Made by a program: the position numbers and the translations under genes
Notes under the pieces: model-generated
What the model saw: only the letters and a program-made list of their open reading frames with translations
Database searches by the model: none
What the model was told of the DNA's origin: nothing
Shown: one piece after another, positions 39,801 to 54,800 of the stretch
Layout of the letters: each line of letters starts with the position of its first letter
Position numbering within the stretch: position 1 is the first letter of the stretch
Origin: Owenia fusiformis
Lineage: Eukaryota
DNA: 64,000 bases
Direction of reading: 5' to 3'
NCBI GenBank assembly: GCA_903813345.2
Contig: CAIIXF020000001.1
Location: 36,766,001-36,830,000, forward strand

Positions 39801-42800
39801 GCCAATAGAAAATAAGACCCAGGTTCTCCATTACACAATGAAATATGAAACTATGACCTTCTTTTCACATTTATTTCCATTTGTAATTGTTATTTTTAAT
39901 CATTGTAATGTTATTTTATTACGAGATCTCTCCTATTAATGTAGAATGTACTATTATATATTTCCTGTTACACTCATATTTAGGAATTTATTTATAAGAT
40001 ATTGTTCCCATGTTGTGCTTATAAAGATCAGAAAAACACAGAGATGAGATAATTGGCCATGTGTCCTTCAAGCTGTTCACTGGATCAATGTTGTGGTTTG
40101 AAAGGAAGTGCTGCTACATATTGCTCAAAGTTTCAATTAGTCTGTCCAAGACTTTTATATTACTCAATAAGATGCAGCTAATATGCATATTTCAGGTGTA
40201 TATATTAGTGTTGTCGCGATGTGCCATAATCGTACATCGATGCATCGGCAATTTTCAGTAGTAAACATCGATGCACATCGCGATGTACATCGAGAAAAAG
40301 TCCGGGAAAAGTGCACTGAAATACCGAACGCTAATGCACTAAAATACAGAACGCTGGTTCATCCGGGAACTTCTAGTAACGGTGAAATGAAAGTAAAGTA
40401 ATTTTTTTTAGATTAATGGTTCATCTCGACTAGTTAAAACAGTTTTAAAGCGAAATAATATCAGAAAACATTGGGAAATGAAATAAGACATGAGAAAGTT
40501 AAGCGATTTGCGTCAAAATAAGATAAGAAAGGGTGATTTTTAGCAAATTAATTTTTTTTTAAAACATCGATGTTTTGTTTCAGACATCGATGCATCGCCA
40601 GAATCAGCTTTGGCGATGTATATCGCGATGTATCGATTAATCGCGACAACACTAGTATATATACATATATTATATTTGTTGTTGTTAGGGGCGGCGAGGG
40701 GCAAGGGAAGCTTACAACAAGAACCAATCATCTCACCTCTCACCCCAAGGCTCAGCACCCAGACTCAGTGACAGTGACATGTCTGAGTTTGAGGAGGGGG
40801 TTGGAGTTGTCTCAGGTAATACCATAATTCAGTGATGTATCAATGCTCCAGGAGCTTGCCAGCAATATTGCCTTGGTGTTAAAAAGGATTACAAAAAGAA
40901 ATGTTTGTAAGCCAATAGATTCATTAAACCAAGCTATTTATCACAATCTCACATCAAGCTACTATTTTAACCCCCCCCCCCATTCTCGATCTTTTGGCTG
41001 GGAAATAGATTGAAGTCCAGAGATTTGATGCAAGGCTGTTCAACAAAGTCTTACTAATCTCAAGGCTCAGTTCTTACTTGGCGTTAGTTGTCTGAAAATG
41101 CATTGTGTGTAGCATATGAGTGATAATAGCTCAGTTAAATCCTGCATGTTTTAATGCATTTGGCATCATTACAATAAGGCTAGACCTGTATGAGCAATAG
41201 AAAGATATAAATGGAAATACAATTCTGAAATCTTTTTGTTATATTAATGTCTGGGTATTGCCTTTGCATTGCATTTTCATCACTTGCTATTTGTCAGTAT
41301 ATCAAATATTTTCTCTATACAGGTCAAGGTGTGGTTGGTCGTGGAGATGGTGCCAGCGTTAGTTCAATAGGTAGCTCACCACCACCCCCTAATGATGACC
41401 TTGAGGGTGGAAGAAGCAGACGGAGGGATAGGATGCCATCTCCAATGCCCCGCAGACGTGGTCAATCAGGTATGAAATGTTCAGCCAATTATACTCAATA
41501 ATAGGCCATAAAAAGTGATATTCAGGTACATATAGGTTGATTTCATAAATTTGCATTCTGATTACTTTCCCATTGATATATCATGTATGTTTATTGAATC
41601 ACTCTTGAGCAATAGTTAACCATGAATCAGTATTCTCACTAATGTATTATATTGTGAACAATGATCTGCACTACATGGACATTTGTAGCTTTGCTATGTA
41701 AATTGCTCAGAATTAAAGTCCCTTTTATACCCTTCCCCAGCTAATGATTTATATAACACAACATTTGATTCCTACCATTTTGGGAATAAGTTTGATGGAT
41801 CAAAAGTATTGATGAAATTTTGAATTTCTTTCAGTGGGTTGCGTGGATGAGTATGATGGAGAGAGAAAACACTTATTAGCCCCTCAGGATGCCGGCAAGA
41901 GAAAACAAAGGTCACCATCTCATGATCCAGGGTCAGATAGAATCAGGTCAAGGTCACCAGGTCGTCATAGAGACCTAGATGTCCGGTCACTTTCCCCTCC
42001 TGACTCAAGGTGAGAAACTTTTCAACAGTATTTTTATACATTGTTATTCTGAGAGGAATAAAGTGATAAATTATTGTGTGCCATAATTATCATAAATGTA
42101 ACGAATAAAAGATACAGCTGAAATTATTATTCATGTTAGGTCACGTTCTAGGACTCAGAGTCCAACAAGGAGCACACCATCACCAAAGAAACGCCAGTTG
42201 CCACAGATACCAGTGCAATCTCAAAGCAAAGACAAAGGTGAGACATTGTTCCAAATGACTATTTTCCAACTAAACCAACAATGATATGTTACATATTATA
42301 ATGATATTGCTTTGTATATAAAGGATAATTGAATGTTCAACATGAATACCAAGTTAAATAGAATAGATAAAATCTTTTTGAATTAGAGGAAAACTGTTGA
42401 GATTTGCTGGATGACCCTCTTAATGGAAAATCCTGCATTTATGTAATTCATGCATATTTCACCAGTTTAACAGAATACATGTTTTATATTAATGATAATG
42501 CATTTACATTATCTTTACAGTGACTCAAGATCTTGAAGACCGAGCACGCAAGATGAAATTACGGATGAAGATGAATGCCTACAAGCACGCAGCATCGGGA
42601 GGTCCTGCTAGTGATTCAGAGACAGGCAGAGACAGGGAACGTGTTCCACATGGTGCACACAACAGATTTGGCTCTCAGGGTAGACTAGACAGTGGCTCAA
42701 GGTACAAATACGAACATGTACTCGCATTAGTTTTATTAGTTTTTTATTAGATATTTTATAGGGTACAAAAACAGAACAAATATATGCAAACTTATTGGGA

Positions 42801-45800
42801 ATTTTATTTTATTTTAACATTGAATCAGTTGCAAACAACAGGCAATGTCTTCAGCTGCTTTGTCTAAATTGTCTGTTGTTATTGTTGATGATGAAACCCC
42901 TGACTTGTAGTTGTATTTGCCAGTACAAAAAACCTCTATATGACAACACCTCTTTCGAAACATGAAATAAGTGTAAAGAAAAACTATATGTAGTGGATTA
43001 GGTCATATTGTTTATACTGTATATTATTTTGAAAGGATGTGTCCGGGTATATGCCCTTTTGGTCCCTCAGTTAAATGTATGTGAAATATGGTTTTTATTA
43101 CTGTCCTAGTTATATTTGATAAGTATGTTTACTTTTTCACGAGTTTTGATGCATTATTAACCCCTTACTGAGAGTCAAAATAAGTATCTTAACAAAACAA
43201 AATAGACATTATCATAGAAAAAACACCAATGGCAACATGTATGACATACAAAGAAAAAATAACTTAAGACCCATGAAGAATTAAAAAGAAAATCATATTT
43301 TTGAAATATATTTAAGGATTAAAATTTTTTTCAAATTTTTGAATTTCCCGCCAGTTTAATTTGAAGGGGGAAAACAAGATGGTTGCCATTTGATGTAAGA
43401 AATATCAGAAAAAAAGTTCACTTTTAGTTTTCACAATGAGCACAGTTTTCCGGTTTAGGTTTTTTGACGGATTATGACTCTTCATCACCAGGGTCATGTA
43501 TAGAGATTATAAAATTGAAACCAAAATGTTGTGCTCAGCATGAATTTGACTGAAATATGGGTAACATCACCAACACAATTGAAGTCTCAAAACTGGATGC
43601 TCAGTAACTTTGAGTGACTATAATCCCTTGATTACCTAGGTAAACACCAATTCACTTATCCAGAAATACCATTCAATGTCTATACAAAGAAAGTTTTGGA
43701 AGATATGTTTCAAACTTTTTGCATAAATAATTCATTTAATATTTGCCTTTTTTCAATTCTGACAAAGTGATATGCACTGTCTTTGATGCCAATATTCTTC
43801 ATCAATTGTGATACAAATTTTTATTTTTGTAATCTCAGAAGAAGGATAAGATATTGAAGTTTAATAATATGTGTGATTGAGTTGGTTTTTCAGTCATTAC
43901 AATTTTCAATATTTTCTAAGTCGATACCCAGACTCATTCCCAGACTCATCCTTTTGGTTTTTATTCAGAGAGAGGCTAGATATGCAAGGATCACGTGACA
44001 GGCTAGACATGCAGGGATCTCGAGACCCTTTAGATATACGAGGATCTAGAGACCCTTTAAATGTACGGGGATCAAGAGACCCATTAGACTCACGGATATC
44101 TAGAGACCGTTTAGATAGAAAATCGCAACTAAGGGATCGTGATAGAGACCGATTCAGTGATCGGGAGCTGAAAAGAATCGAGAGAGCAAGAGATGGTGAC
44201 CATAGAAGAGGTCGGGAAGTTGAACGTGGTGACTTGGATAGAAGACGTAGACATAAAGGTTCATCTTTAAATATATTTGAAAACTACATCGAATTATTTG
44301 TTACATAATACTGAAGAATTTCTGTATTTTATTATTGAATAGTCAATTAAAAATTATGTTAAAATGGCACAATTCTGGCACATTTTCATAAAAACTTATG
44401 TTTATATTTAGAATTCAGCCCTGAGGTACAGTCAGATAATGCATTTGAAAGTGATGCATCCGAGGCCAGTGATATGTCTGAGGTCTCTAAAATCAGCACA
44501 ATAAGTGTAAGGTCCACACAGTCTGAAAGACCACGTAGCAGCCGCAAGTTCAGGTAATAACATCCGCCACTTGTTCAATTTGAAAATTTAGGAGTCACAA
44601 TATTTATGTTAATTGTCAATGTCAGTTTTGGTGAATTAGAATTGTTTTTTCCAAATGTCTCGTAAATTGGTTACCCTTTGAATACCACACCTCATAAAGT
44701 TGCAGTGCAATTTGTTTGCTTGAATATGTATTATGTTAATTTATGTTACTTTGCTTGCTAGAGATCGCTGGTTTAGTGCTCCCCCTGGTGAGCTGCTCTC
44801 ACCAATTAGGTGCGTCATTGGCACTTGTCTGCGTCAATTGGCACGTTTCACAATAATTCACATTTAAAAAAATTTTGAATTGTTTTGTGAAATATAAGCC
44901 TGTTGTTTTTTAAATGTACCGTTTTCATTCAAATATTGTTTAAAGATACATTTCATGTATAGCTGTCCACATTTGCATCAAATATGGTCACTTTATTATG
45001 CTTTATAAGTAGAATAAATGATCTGTTGATGTCTAATGTATATTCTATTTGTTGATTATGCCAATTAAATTACAATTAAATGTACATATTTTCCCTCCAT
45101 CCATATTGTCCATTTCCCAAAAGTCTCTATTAAATTTTTGTTGTAAAGGATTTTTTTAAGTCAGATTCCATTTAGTCATTTTAGGAACTTAAAACTTGTT
45201 AGTTTGATCTTCTCAGCTACTAACATTGTTTTAACACTAATACTCATGACCTGAGAGTACCATGTTCTAAATGTACAGTTGGAAGTGAAGTTGGAATTTA
45301 TTTATATGTCGTTAATGATATTCAGAAAATTTCTAAATATTTTGGATCTCATTATATTTTTTCTTACAATTTTAGTCATATCTTGATATTTGGCCCACAA
45401 TACAATTCATCTTATCTTATAAATGTCGTCAGATTGAAAATGATTCTCAGAAAGTTCCAAATCCGATGCTTCATATTGATAGACTTGAATTGTTATTTAA
45501 AATTATTATAATTATGATAAGGGCAGGACATCTATTAAACATGTAGTTAGTTACCTTTTCAATTTCACTCACACTTAATTCTATTTTTCTAGCTATGATC
45601 ATCGTAGGTTTTTATCACCAAAAAGGTACTAAGTCACAAGATTACTCCTCCATTCACCATTTACTTTACAATTGATTTAGCAATCCGATTTTATGTTATG
45701 TCACTTTTATCTTGTCATGCTGATATGATTCTTTTATTACCTTTATAATTATCATTAAAATGTATTTAGTTTTAAGGAACATTGTCATTTATGAACATTG

Positions 45801-48800
45801 TCATTAATGGTTTATTCAGGTGGATTTGATGAGGAGTCCACTACAACCAATAATATTGTACAATATAACATTGTTCCTATAAGTCTTAGAGTTTGCAATC
45901 AGTAAAATGTTGAGAACACATAATCTGTGTTTTATGAACACCACTACAATAAAACTTGTTAAATGGGAATGCTTGTACATAATAATGTACATGTTCAGTA
46001 AAATTGTACATGTACAAATGTTAGTACATGTACAGTAAAAATAGTATTGGCTAAAAGTGTTTTAATGAGAGACTTCGGATAGCAGACAAATATTCAATTT
46101 CATAATTAGGAGGTGTTCATAAGTACATATATTACTATTTCCATAGTTATGCATCAAGTCTTTTAAATCACAATGTATTCATATGGCTAAACTTGAGAGG
46201 GGTACAATAGGAAAGGCTAAGGGTTAACATCGCTTGTTTTCAAACATTGAGCCATTTTGTGCAATGGGTGTGTGTACCAGGCTATGTATTGTGTTCCAAA
46301 ATGGGACTGGATAATGAAAAGGAAAATTCAGTGAACTTCAAATATTTGGCCATTTCCATCTTCAGGTAAATCATTCTTGATGCATAACTAATCTTTGATT
46401 TATTATCAGTTAATTTGGAATGTTCAAATTATGCATCATATTCATGTACATTGTACAATAATTATTTTTAGTTTATACATTCAATCTTTGATCAATGTTT
46501 ATGAATTTAACCACCTAGGAGCAACCAATAATATTTGATGTTTTAGGTTAAAACCACCTATTTCAATAACACCAATTAGTTATGAGTCTGGTGTACGTAT
46601 CCACTAAAAACCTTAATAGTACCTTGGATAATAACATAAGGGCATGTTTTACTAAGCATTATTATGTATGTCTGTCATTGAAATCTCCATAGCATTCTGT
46701 TGTGTGACTTACCCCATGTAATGCCTCAGTCACATTTGATCTATGGCAACTGTATGGCAGCCGTAGCTTTCCAAATTCAAGAGAAATGTGGAACATAAAA
46801 TACAGGAATAAGCAGTATGATGTAGACTTTCTTACTCGATTTTGTGAAGCTATGTCACTGTATGCCTGCTGAAGAGCAAATATGACAGAGGATTTATGTA
46901 CCCATGTATGTAAACTAAAACATGTTTGTCAAAATCATTAACAACTGATGCATGCTGTTATAAATTTAAAAAAAACATGTCCAAATGGCAAGTGAAATAA
47001 AGATTGAGAATAATACTCAAAAATTGGAGTAAATATTTATATCATTTCAACCTGTTTAGTTATAAGTATTAATATAAAACCACACCCAAATGCACTTGTT
47101 AATATACTGTAATAGTACAGATAGCGAAATATCCCTATTCCCTATAATACTTAACTAGTCTTTTAATTGATTTCTGCACTTTCCTTGATTTCATATTTTC
47201 AATATAAGAATGATATACCTTATGTTTTTATTTTTATTTAGAATCTGAATGAAATATGTAATAGATAGTTCTTTAATTTATTGAATGATTCTTTTTTTAT
47301 CCAGTGAATTCACATCAAAAATGGAGAGTAGGGGGCCTAATCCCAAACCAAAACCTCTTAACAGAAGTTTAAGCAATAGCGATGTTTATGAGAAAAATGA
47401 CGGCAGTATGTCAGATTCTGCTGTTAGTTCTACCATAACGACTGACAGGAGGAAACGTCGTCCAAGTCTTGGCTACAAGGTCGCCGCCCTGGTGGGACTT
47501 TCAAGAAAAAGCAGCAGCACATCTCAATTGGGGCAAACAGGTATGATATCTGCATTTTAATAGTATTCAATACATCTTTATGATCTTGAATTAATTAGTA
47601 TGATTTTATGAATGAAGGAATTTAAGTGAAGTTTGGAGTTAATATTCAGAAAATGAAATCTGTATGTGTTTCATGCAAAAAATGCATGAAAATAAATGTA
47701 TCGTGCATTTGTGCTTCAGTAGTCTATATTTTCTGTGTCATTTTGTAGAACCACGGTATTCAATATTTAGCGATTAACTTTTATAATAACATATCATTGT
47801 CTTCAAGGCATTGTTTTTATTTTATCTTAAGTTTATTTTTGCTGCTTCTATATTTATTAGTAATTTTGACTTTCATTTAGAGAGAAAAGGTTCCAAAAAG
47901 TGGCTAAAGTTTCGTCAACGGTTTCATACAGTTTCCGTGGTTACTGGTTTGAAGCATAGTAAAAGCATGACGTGTTTAGCCACTACATCTGATGGTGACT
48001 CGCTGACGTCACTAGGTACATGCAGACATAGGTTCCCCCATTAGCTTCCCCTACATGTAGTATATAGTTCTAAACTACAGAGCTTGCTGTGAATCTTCCT
48101 GGCTAGGCTTTACTGTAGAATACACAAATCTGTAAACCTTTCCCTTGTGTTGCTTATCTGTTTAATGCTCCTGGAGAGGCTTTTCTTTACTCCATATATA
48201 AGGCATATAAATGGCTGTACTATCAACACTAATTAAGTCCTAGATACACATATACACTGGTAACATATCCTTCCTGTAATAATTAAGTCATAGACATATC
48301 AACACTGGAAACATATCCTTCCTGTAATAATTAAGTCATAGACACATCAACACTGGTAACATTCCCTTCCTATAATGATTAAATCAAAGACACGTCAATA
48401 TTGCTAACATATCCTTCCTGTAATAATTAAGTCATAGACATATCAACACTGGTAACATATCCTTCCTGTAATCATTAAGTCATAGACACATCAACACTGG
48501 TAACATACCCTTCCTGTAATGATTAAGTCATAGACATATCACACTGGTAACATTCCCTTCCTGTAATAATTAAGTCATAGACACATCAACATTGGTAACA
48601 TTCCCTTCCTGTAATAATTAAGTCATAGACACATCAACACTGGTAACATTCCCTTCCTATAATGATTAAATCAAAGGCACATCAATACTGCTAACATATC
48701 CTTCCTGTAATAATTAAGTCATAGACATATCAACACTGGAAACATATCCTTCCTGTAATCATTAAGTCATAGACACATCAACACTGGTAACATACCCTTC

Positions 48801-51800
48801 TTGTAATGATTAAATCATAGACATATCACACTGGTAACATTCCCTTCCTGTAATAATTAAGTCATAGACACATCAACATTAGTAACATTCCCTTCCTGTA
48901 ATAACTAAGTCATAGACACATCAACACTGGTAACATTCCCTTCCTGTAATAATTAAGTCATAGACACATCAACATTGGTAACATTCCCTTCCTGTAATAA
49001 CTAAGGCCTAGACACATCAACACTGGTAACATTCCCTTCATGTAATGATTAAGTAATAGACCCATCAGCATACTCTTTCTTGTATAATAATGATTAAGTC
49101 ATGGACACATCAACATTGGTAACATTCCCTTCCTGTAATAACTAAGGCCTAGACACATCAACACTGGTAACATTCCCTTCATGTAATGATTAAGTAATAG
49201 ACCCATCAGCATACTCTTTCTTGTATAATAATGATTAAGTCATGGACACATCAACATTTGTAACAAAATTATAAGTATTAATCTTGCAACACATCACATG
49301 TATCTTAATTGCTTAATTTTCTTTAATCTACATTAAATAATAATGCTTCTATTTACCAAATAATTTTCGTAATACAGAAATCATTAACTTAGAGATATGA
49401 TTCCCTAAAAGATGGCGCTGCAGTCAACTTTCACATTCATATGTTTTTCTATTAAGGGATGTGGTTTAAGTTCCATGTTAACAAAAACTTTCAATTTGGA
49501 AGTGGTACCTTAAGCATCTGATAATAAAGTAGCTTCAAAAGCTTATTTGCTTTTCCTTTATTTTATTTTAAATAATTTGCTATGTGCTTCTGTTCGTTAT
49601 TATGAATATGTACTCTAATAAATATTTTCCCTGTTTACTGATTAAAAGAATGATAGATCATTCAGTGTATATTCCTTAAATGAAAATTAATATAGTTCCA
49701 AGAAAGAATAAAATATATACATGCACAATATAGTATTAACCTCTTGAATACCCAGAGTGACGGATATATCCGTCACAAATGAAATAAGACTGGTGCCCAG
49801 ATGGACGAGAAAATCCGTCACAAAATTTTTCACAAAAATTGCTCTCATTTGAACAATTTTCATCCAATTTACACAAAAATTGTTTTAAAACGTGTAGAAA
49901 TGATCTCTGCCGTCCAATTTTACTAAGCTGAGCATCTAAAGTTGTATAGGTATGTAATAAAATGTCGAAAGGTGGCAAAAAATGAAAAATTCTCTGGTTT
50001 CATGCCAATTTTAGAGCCTGGGATTCAAGAGGTTAACATAGTTTATTGGACAAATATAAAACCAATGTATAGGCATACTAGAAAGACTAAACTATTTCTT
50101 CCTTCTTTCTTCCTTCTTCTAAGGTTATCAGATAAGAATAATTCTACCTGGTCCTTGAATCTCTCTTCTATTTGTGTTAAAACCTCCCAGGTAATTAAAG
50201 TATTTATAAACATGTGGATAATCTTTAGGTTAAAGTACAAATTTGTCTTCACATATGTTTTGTGCGTTTAGTAATTATTCACCTAATTGACAAAATCTGG
50301 TTTGAGTTTTACGGGTCTGAATTTGTGAGCTGGTTTAATTGGTGATATATCTCAGAAGTACCTGGGACGTCTCTAGGCTTGTAATTAAACAACTTCCACT
50401 GAAATAAATCTTTCCGCAACAAAATTGAGGAATATGCATGAAATTAATTAAAACATTGGCTTTCAAGAGAAACCCCATGGTTAAAATGACTGGAACTTTA
50501 TATTGTATATAAATACATTAAATTTAGGTGCTTCTCTGAAATTGTACAAAAATAGGAAATAAACATGAACATGTATTGAATAAGCTGATATCCATGGGAA
50601 GGTGACAGAATGGTCAATTAGCACGTCTATTCTTGGGGCCTGGAAAGTTGTATTATCTCTTTTGCTGTGTAATCTGCCATGTATCATACACTTAAAATAG
50701 ACCTTAACTTTTCAAGTACCTGAAAAGATTATATCATCACTGTTTTGTAGGCTCTAGTCTAATTAAGGAACTTACTTGTGTTAAAAGATAATGTTTATAT
50801 CAGTACAAGTGACATCACTGATCAGCATTTGTAAATAAGCAACTTGATATCTTATTTGTTACCTCATTGAATGAAGTTGGGGGGGGGTTATAGATAAGAG
50901 ACTCTCCATCCATATGTCCGTCCATCTGTTCATCTGCTTGTATGTGTGTCCTTCTATCTGGTTGATAACTCATATGCTGTCAACACATTTTTTTTTTAAT
51001 ATCCATCTGCCTGTTGTAAGTACAGGTTCTGCTACAAGGATGATTTCTTTTCATAATATCAGCTGATAAGTCCAAAATTCAAATTCTTTCGAAAATATGA
51101 CAGCCATAATAATTTTTTGTTGATACTTTATACATAAGTACAGTATGACATATTTCTTCTGGCAATTCATCTAATATGATGGTCATTTTGAGAAATGATG
51201 GCACCCTTGTCTGATGCTTATAAGATCTTCAATGAGATTAGCTACACCTTGGCATTCAAATTATTTTCTCTCATGTAAATTTCAACTTTGATACATTCCA
51301 TACATATGCAAAATAGATAATTTAAAATACATATACACATCTATGCTTAAAGTATGAATTATACTCATGTTACAACTAAATATAGTCAATTTAATACTGA
51401 ATAATGCATATTAGGTAATGTCAAAGTATGATAGTTGATAATAATAAAAGAGACTAAGACCTAAAAACAATAGTAACACAAACAGCTTACTCCCTTTGGA
51501 TTATTAGTCTTGCCATTGAGGAATAAATGATGGTATTAATCGTGGCATCTTTGACAGAAAGCAATAGCTTTAAGCACGTTTAGTGGACAAAAAATACAAA
51601 GTAGACCTAATGAAGTTCTGACGTTGGCTTTGTTTTACCAAGTGGTGCCATAGCAACTGTAATTATAGAAAGCAAAGATTTAATTTTCTCTTTTCACATT
51701 GCTGGGATATTCCCATGTTTTAGCGAGTGGAAATTTTACAATTGAGACTATGCATAGCCTGAAATTGCAATAATTTGGAAAAAATTAAGAAATACACATC

Positions 51801-54800
51801 AACAAGAATGCTATGAAGTATTTGGATTATAGATAATTATTGAGCCACAAAGATTTATGAATAATATAAAAAATGGAAGCTCTAAAAAAGCATTAAAATA
51901 ATGATCTCAATGTAACAAACTAATCATTGTTTGATGAAATTTGCTGTACAAAATATATAAACAAAAATATATATAAAAAAAATATAAAGACAGAAAGTAC
52001 ATTGCAAACTAAATAGTCAACTTTTTCTGTTCCAACGCTTCTAAAACAGTCATCCATGAAAGGAAATTCTACGCAACCAATCAGGAAAAAGATGATAAAA
52101 CTTGTGACATGTGTTCAACCCGGAATATACACTGACTGCTCAGTCATTTTAGAAAAAAACATAGCTTGAATTTTCATTATTGTTTTTGTTGTTAACATTT
52201 CTTTCTTGATGGACTTGCTAAGAATGTATCGCATCAGAATAGTAGGGAGTATGCATTTGCTTGTAGAAGGAGGAAAAAAGCCAAAAAGCACATTTCAACG
52301 AAGTGAAGAAGTCGGGGCAGCTGCTGATATGAGAAACAGGATCACACGTCAGACTAGTAAAGACTCAACAGATGGCAGCATAGGTAGCCTTAGCAGTGAC
52401 ACATCAACAAATGCGTAAGTTTTCTCAATAGTAATTCGTATATTTTAAAAACTAAACCTTGATACTTAATTTCAACTGATTTGAATTTCTGTGAAGTCAG
52501 TGTTGTTTGCAATGAATACTTGTTGACCTAAAGGTGTTGTAGGCTCACGTGAAAACTGTGTATGCATTAGGAGCAATCTCATGAACACATCATTGAGAAA
52601 AAATCAACTCCTTACTCATCTTCCAAATTCTTTATTAAAATGACATTCATATACATTTTATCCTTGGTCAAAGTACATTTTCTTATTTCTAGGCCCAGTT
52701 TAATCATTGACAAAAATTGATCAAAGGTATATTCAGATCATTATAGAAATAAATACTGAATATCAGATCATTTTGGGTAATATAATTTTTATCAAAGAGT
52801 TGATATCAAATATCAACACAAGTGACCGAAGCGAATGAGTGTTGATAGTTGATATCTACGGGGCAATTAAATGATATCACAAGAAAAAATTCAAGTTCTT
52901 TAATCATAGGTATCTGATTTATGATCATAAAACAAAAATCAATGTTTTCTGTTTTTGATTTGATGTCTTGTTTTTGAAACAAGATTACAAAACAGAAAAG
53001 GGTCATACTTGGTGTCAATTGTTTGTTTAATCCTGTATGTTATTTTAAAGGTTTTCCTTATACTGTTATCATTAAGGTTACATTACCTCATTTGGATTCA
53101 GCTTTATTATCATTTATATAACTTCAATGACTTCAAAGTCACATTTGAAAGGTCAAACTTCTATTAATAAAAATATTAAGAAATTCAATAGGTCTTGAGT
53201 TAACTAGGGAGAGAATAGACGTGCTGAGTGTTACAACATTTATAATATCTGAATCTACGTCTTTAAATTTTATGTAATCATGCCTCACCATGTGTAGTTA
53301 TGATACATTTTGTGTGATTATGCTACATCTTGTGTAATCATGCTATATCATGAATTATCAGGCTACATCTTTGTTATCCTGCCACATTATATGAAATCAT
53401 ATAACATATTCTTATCCTTCCATATAATATGTAATCATTCTATATATCATATGAAACTATGTGTATGCTACATCCTGTGTAATCTTGCTATCCATTCCGA
53501 ATAGAGTATCCCAGCTCATAAAAGATGGTTTAAATATGATGGGGTCATCGGATATTGACTTGGACTCTAGCTTAAACTCCAGTGTAGCTTCATCATTGTC
53601 GTAAGCCTCAGTTTGAATATGTGTGTTTGTTGACATCACAATTGAAGGGTGTCACATTTTGTAGATTGCATATGAAGATGTCATATTTTATAGATCACAT
53701 TTGAAGATGTCATATTTTATAGATCACATTTGAAGGTGTTTCTATTACCTTGCAGCTGTGTTTCTATAGATTTGCTTGATTTCCATTAGAAGTGTAATAT
53801 TTTTAATATCTGATTTGTGTCCATTGGTTTACTGGACTTGTGTGATTTCTCATTCATGGATTATATTTTACTGGTCATCTTAGAATTTTTGCAACTGTAT
53901 AATTTTTTCCACCCTGTATAAAGTGAGTGAATATGGATACAGTAAAGGACGAGTGAAGGAGACAAAAATTAAATGAAAATAGCACCACAACTTGTGTATG
54001 TGTATAGTTTTAGATGTTTATTTTATAAAATACCATGCTATTTCAAGTGGTAGATATTAAATTATGCATGGCATTGTGTTTCAATTTAATCAAATATGCT
54101 TGTAAAGAAACAGTCATTCAAAGATAGATCTAAATCTCCCTGTATATGAAATCATAATGTGATGACAAATGGCTTCGTGTAATAAAGTCAAGACAGTTCA
54201 GGGGTTGCTATTCTTAGGCTTTTTGTTCCCTTTTCTTATCCTTTAGAGTATCCATATTGTTTATCTCCACTCATTTCATATAGGGTGTTTTTAAATATTA
54301 TGTAACAAGAAATATTATACCATATGTTGTTTGATACATTGACTGAAATATATACAATAATCCTTGTGCAGTTGTGACATATTATTGTTTCAGTAACTCT
54401 GAATAGTAATCAGATTGACTTGAAACAAGTGTGTACATAAAGAGATGTTGTTTTGTTCAGATTTCAAGCAATATCCATTGCCATGGCAACACATAATGTG
54501 ACTTCAAGACCTAACGCTTTCGTAAAATTGGAGATTTGTAATTAATACATTAAATATATTACAAAAGTCTTCAGATGTTCAGCTAACAAATCAAGAATTT
54601 ATAATTGACTTCAAATGTCAGTGAATATATAACTTATAGAAAGTAAATGTTTCTTAAAACATTCTGCTGTGACAAAGAATTTTTTCAATTTTCAGCATGT
54701 GGCTCCCATCAGCTATGAGGCTAGCTCCAGAGGGTCAGTTTGGAGACTTCATTGAAGGTCTAGGGCCTGCCCAGTTGGTTGGGCGCCAGGTGCTTGGGTC

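Noticed and set aside
43157..43870. TTAACCCCTT piggyBac-like end
   Set aside because: No matching opposite terminus found, so boundaries cannot be supported
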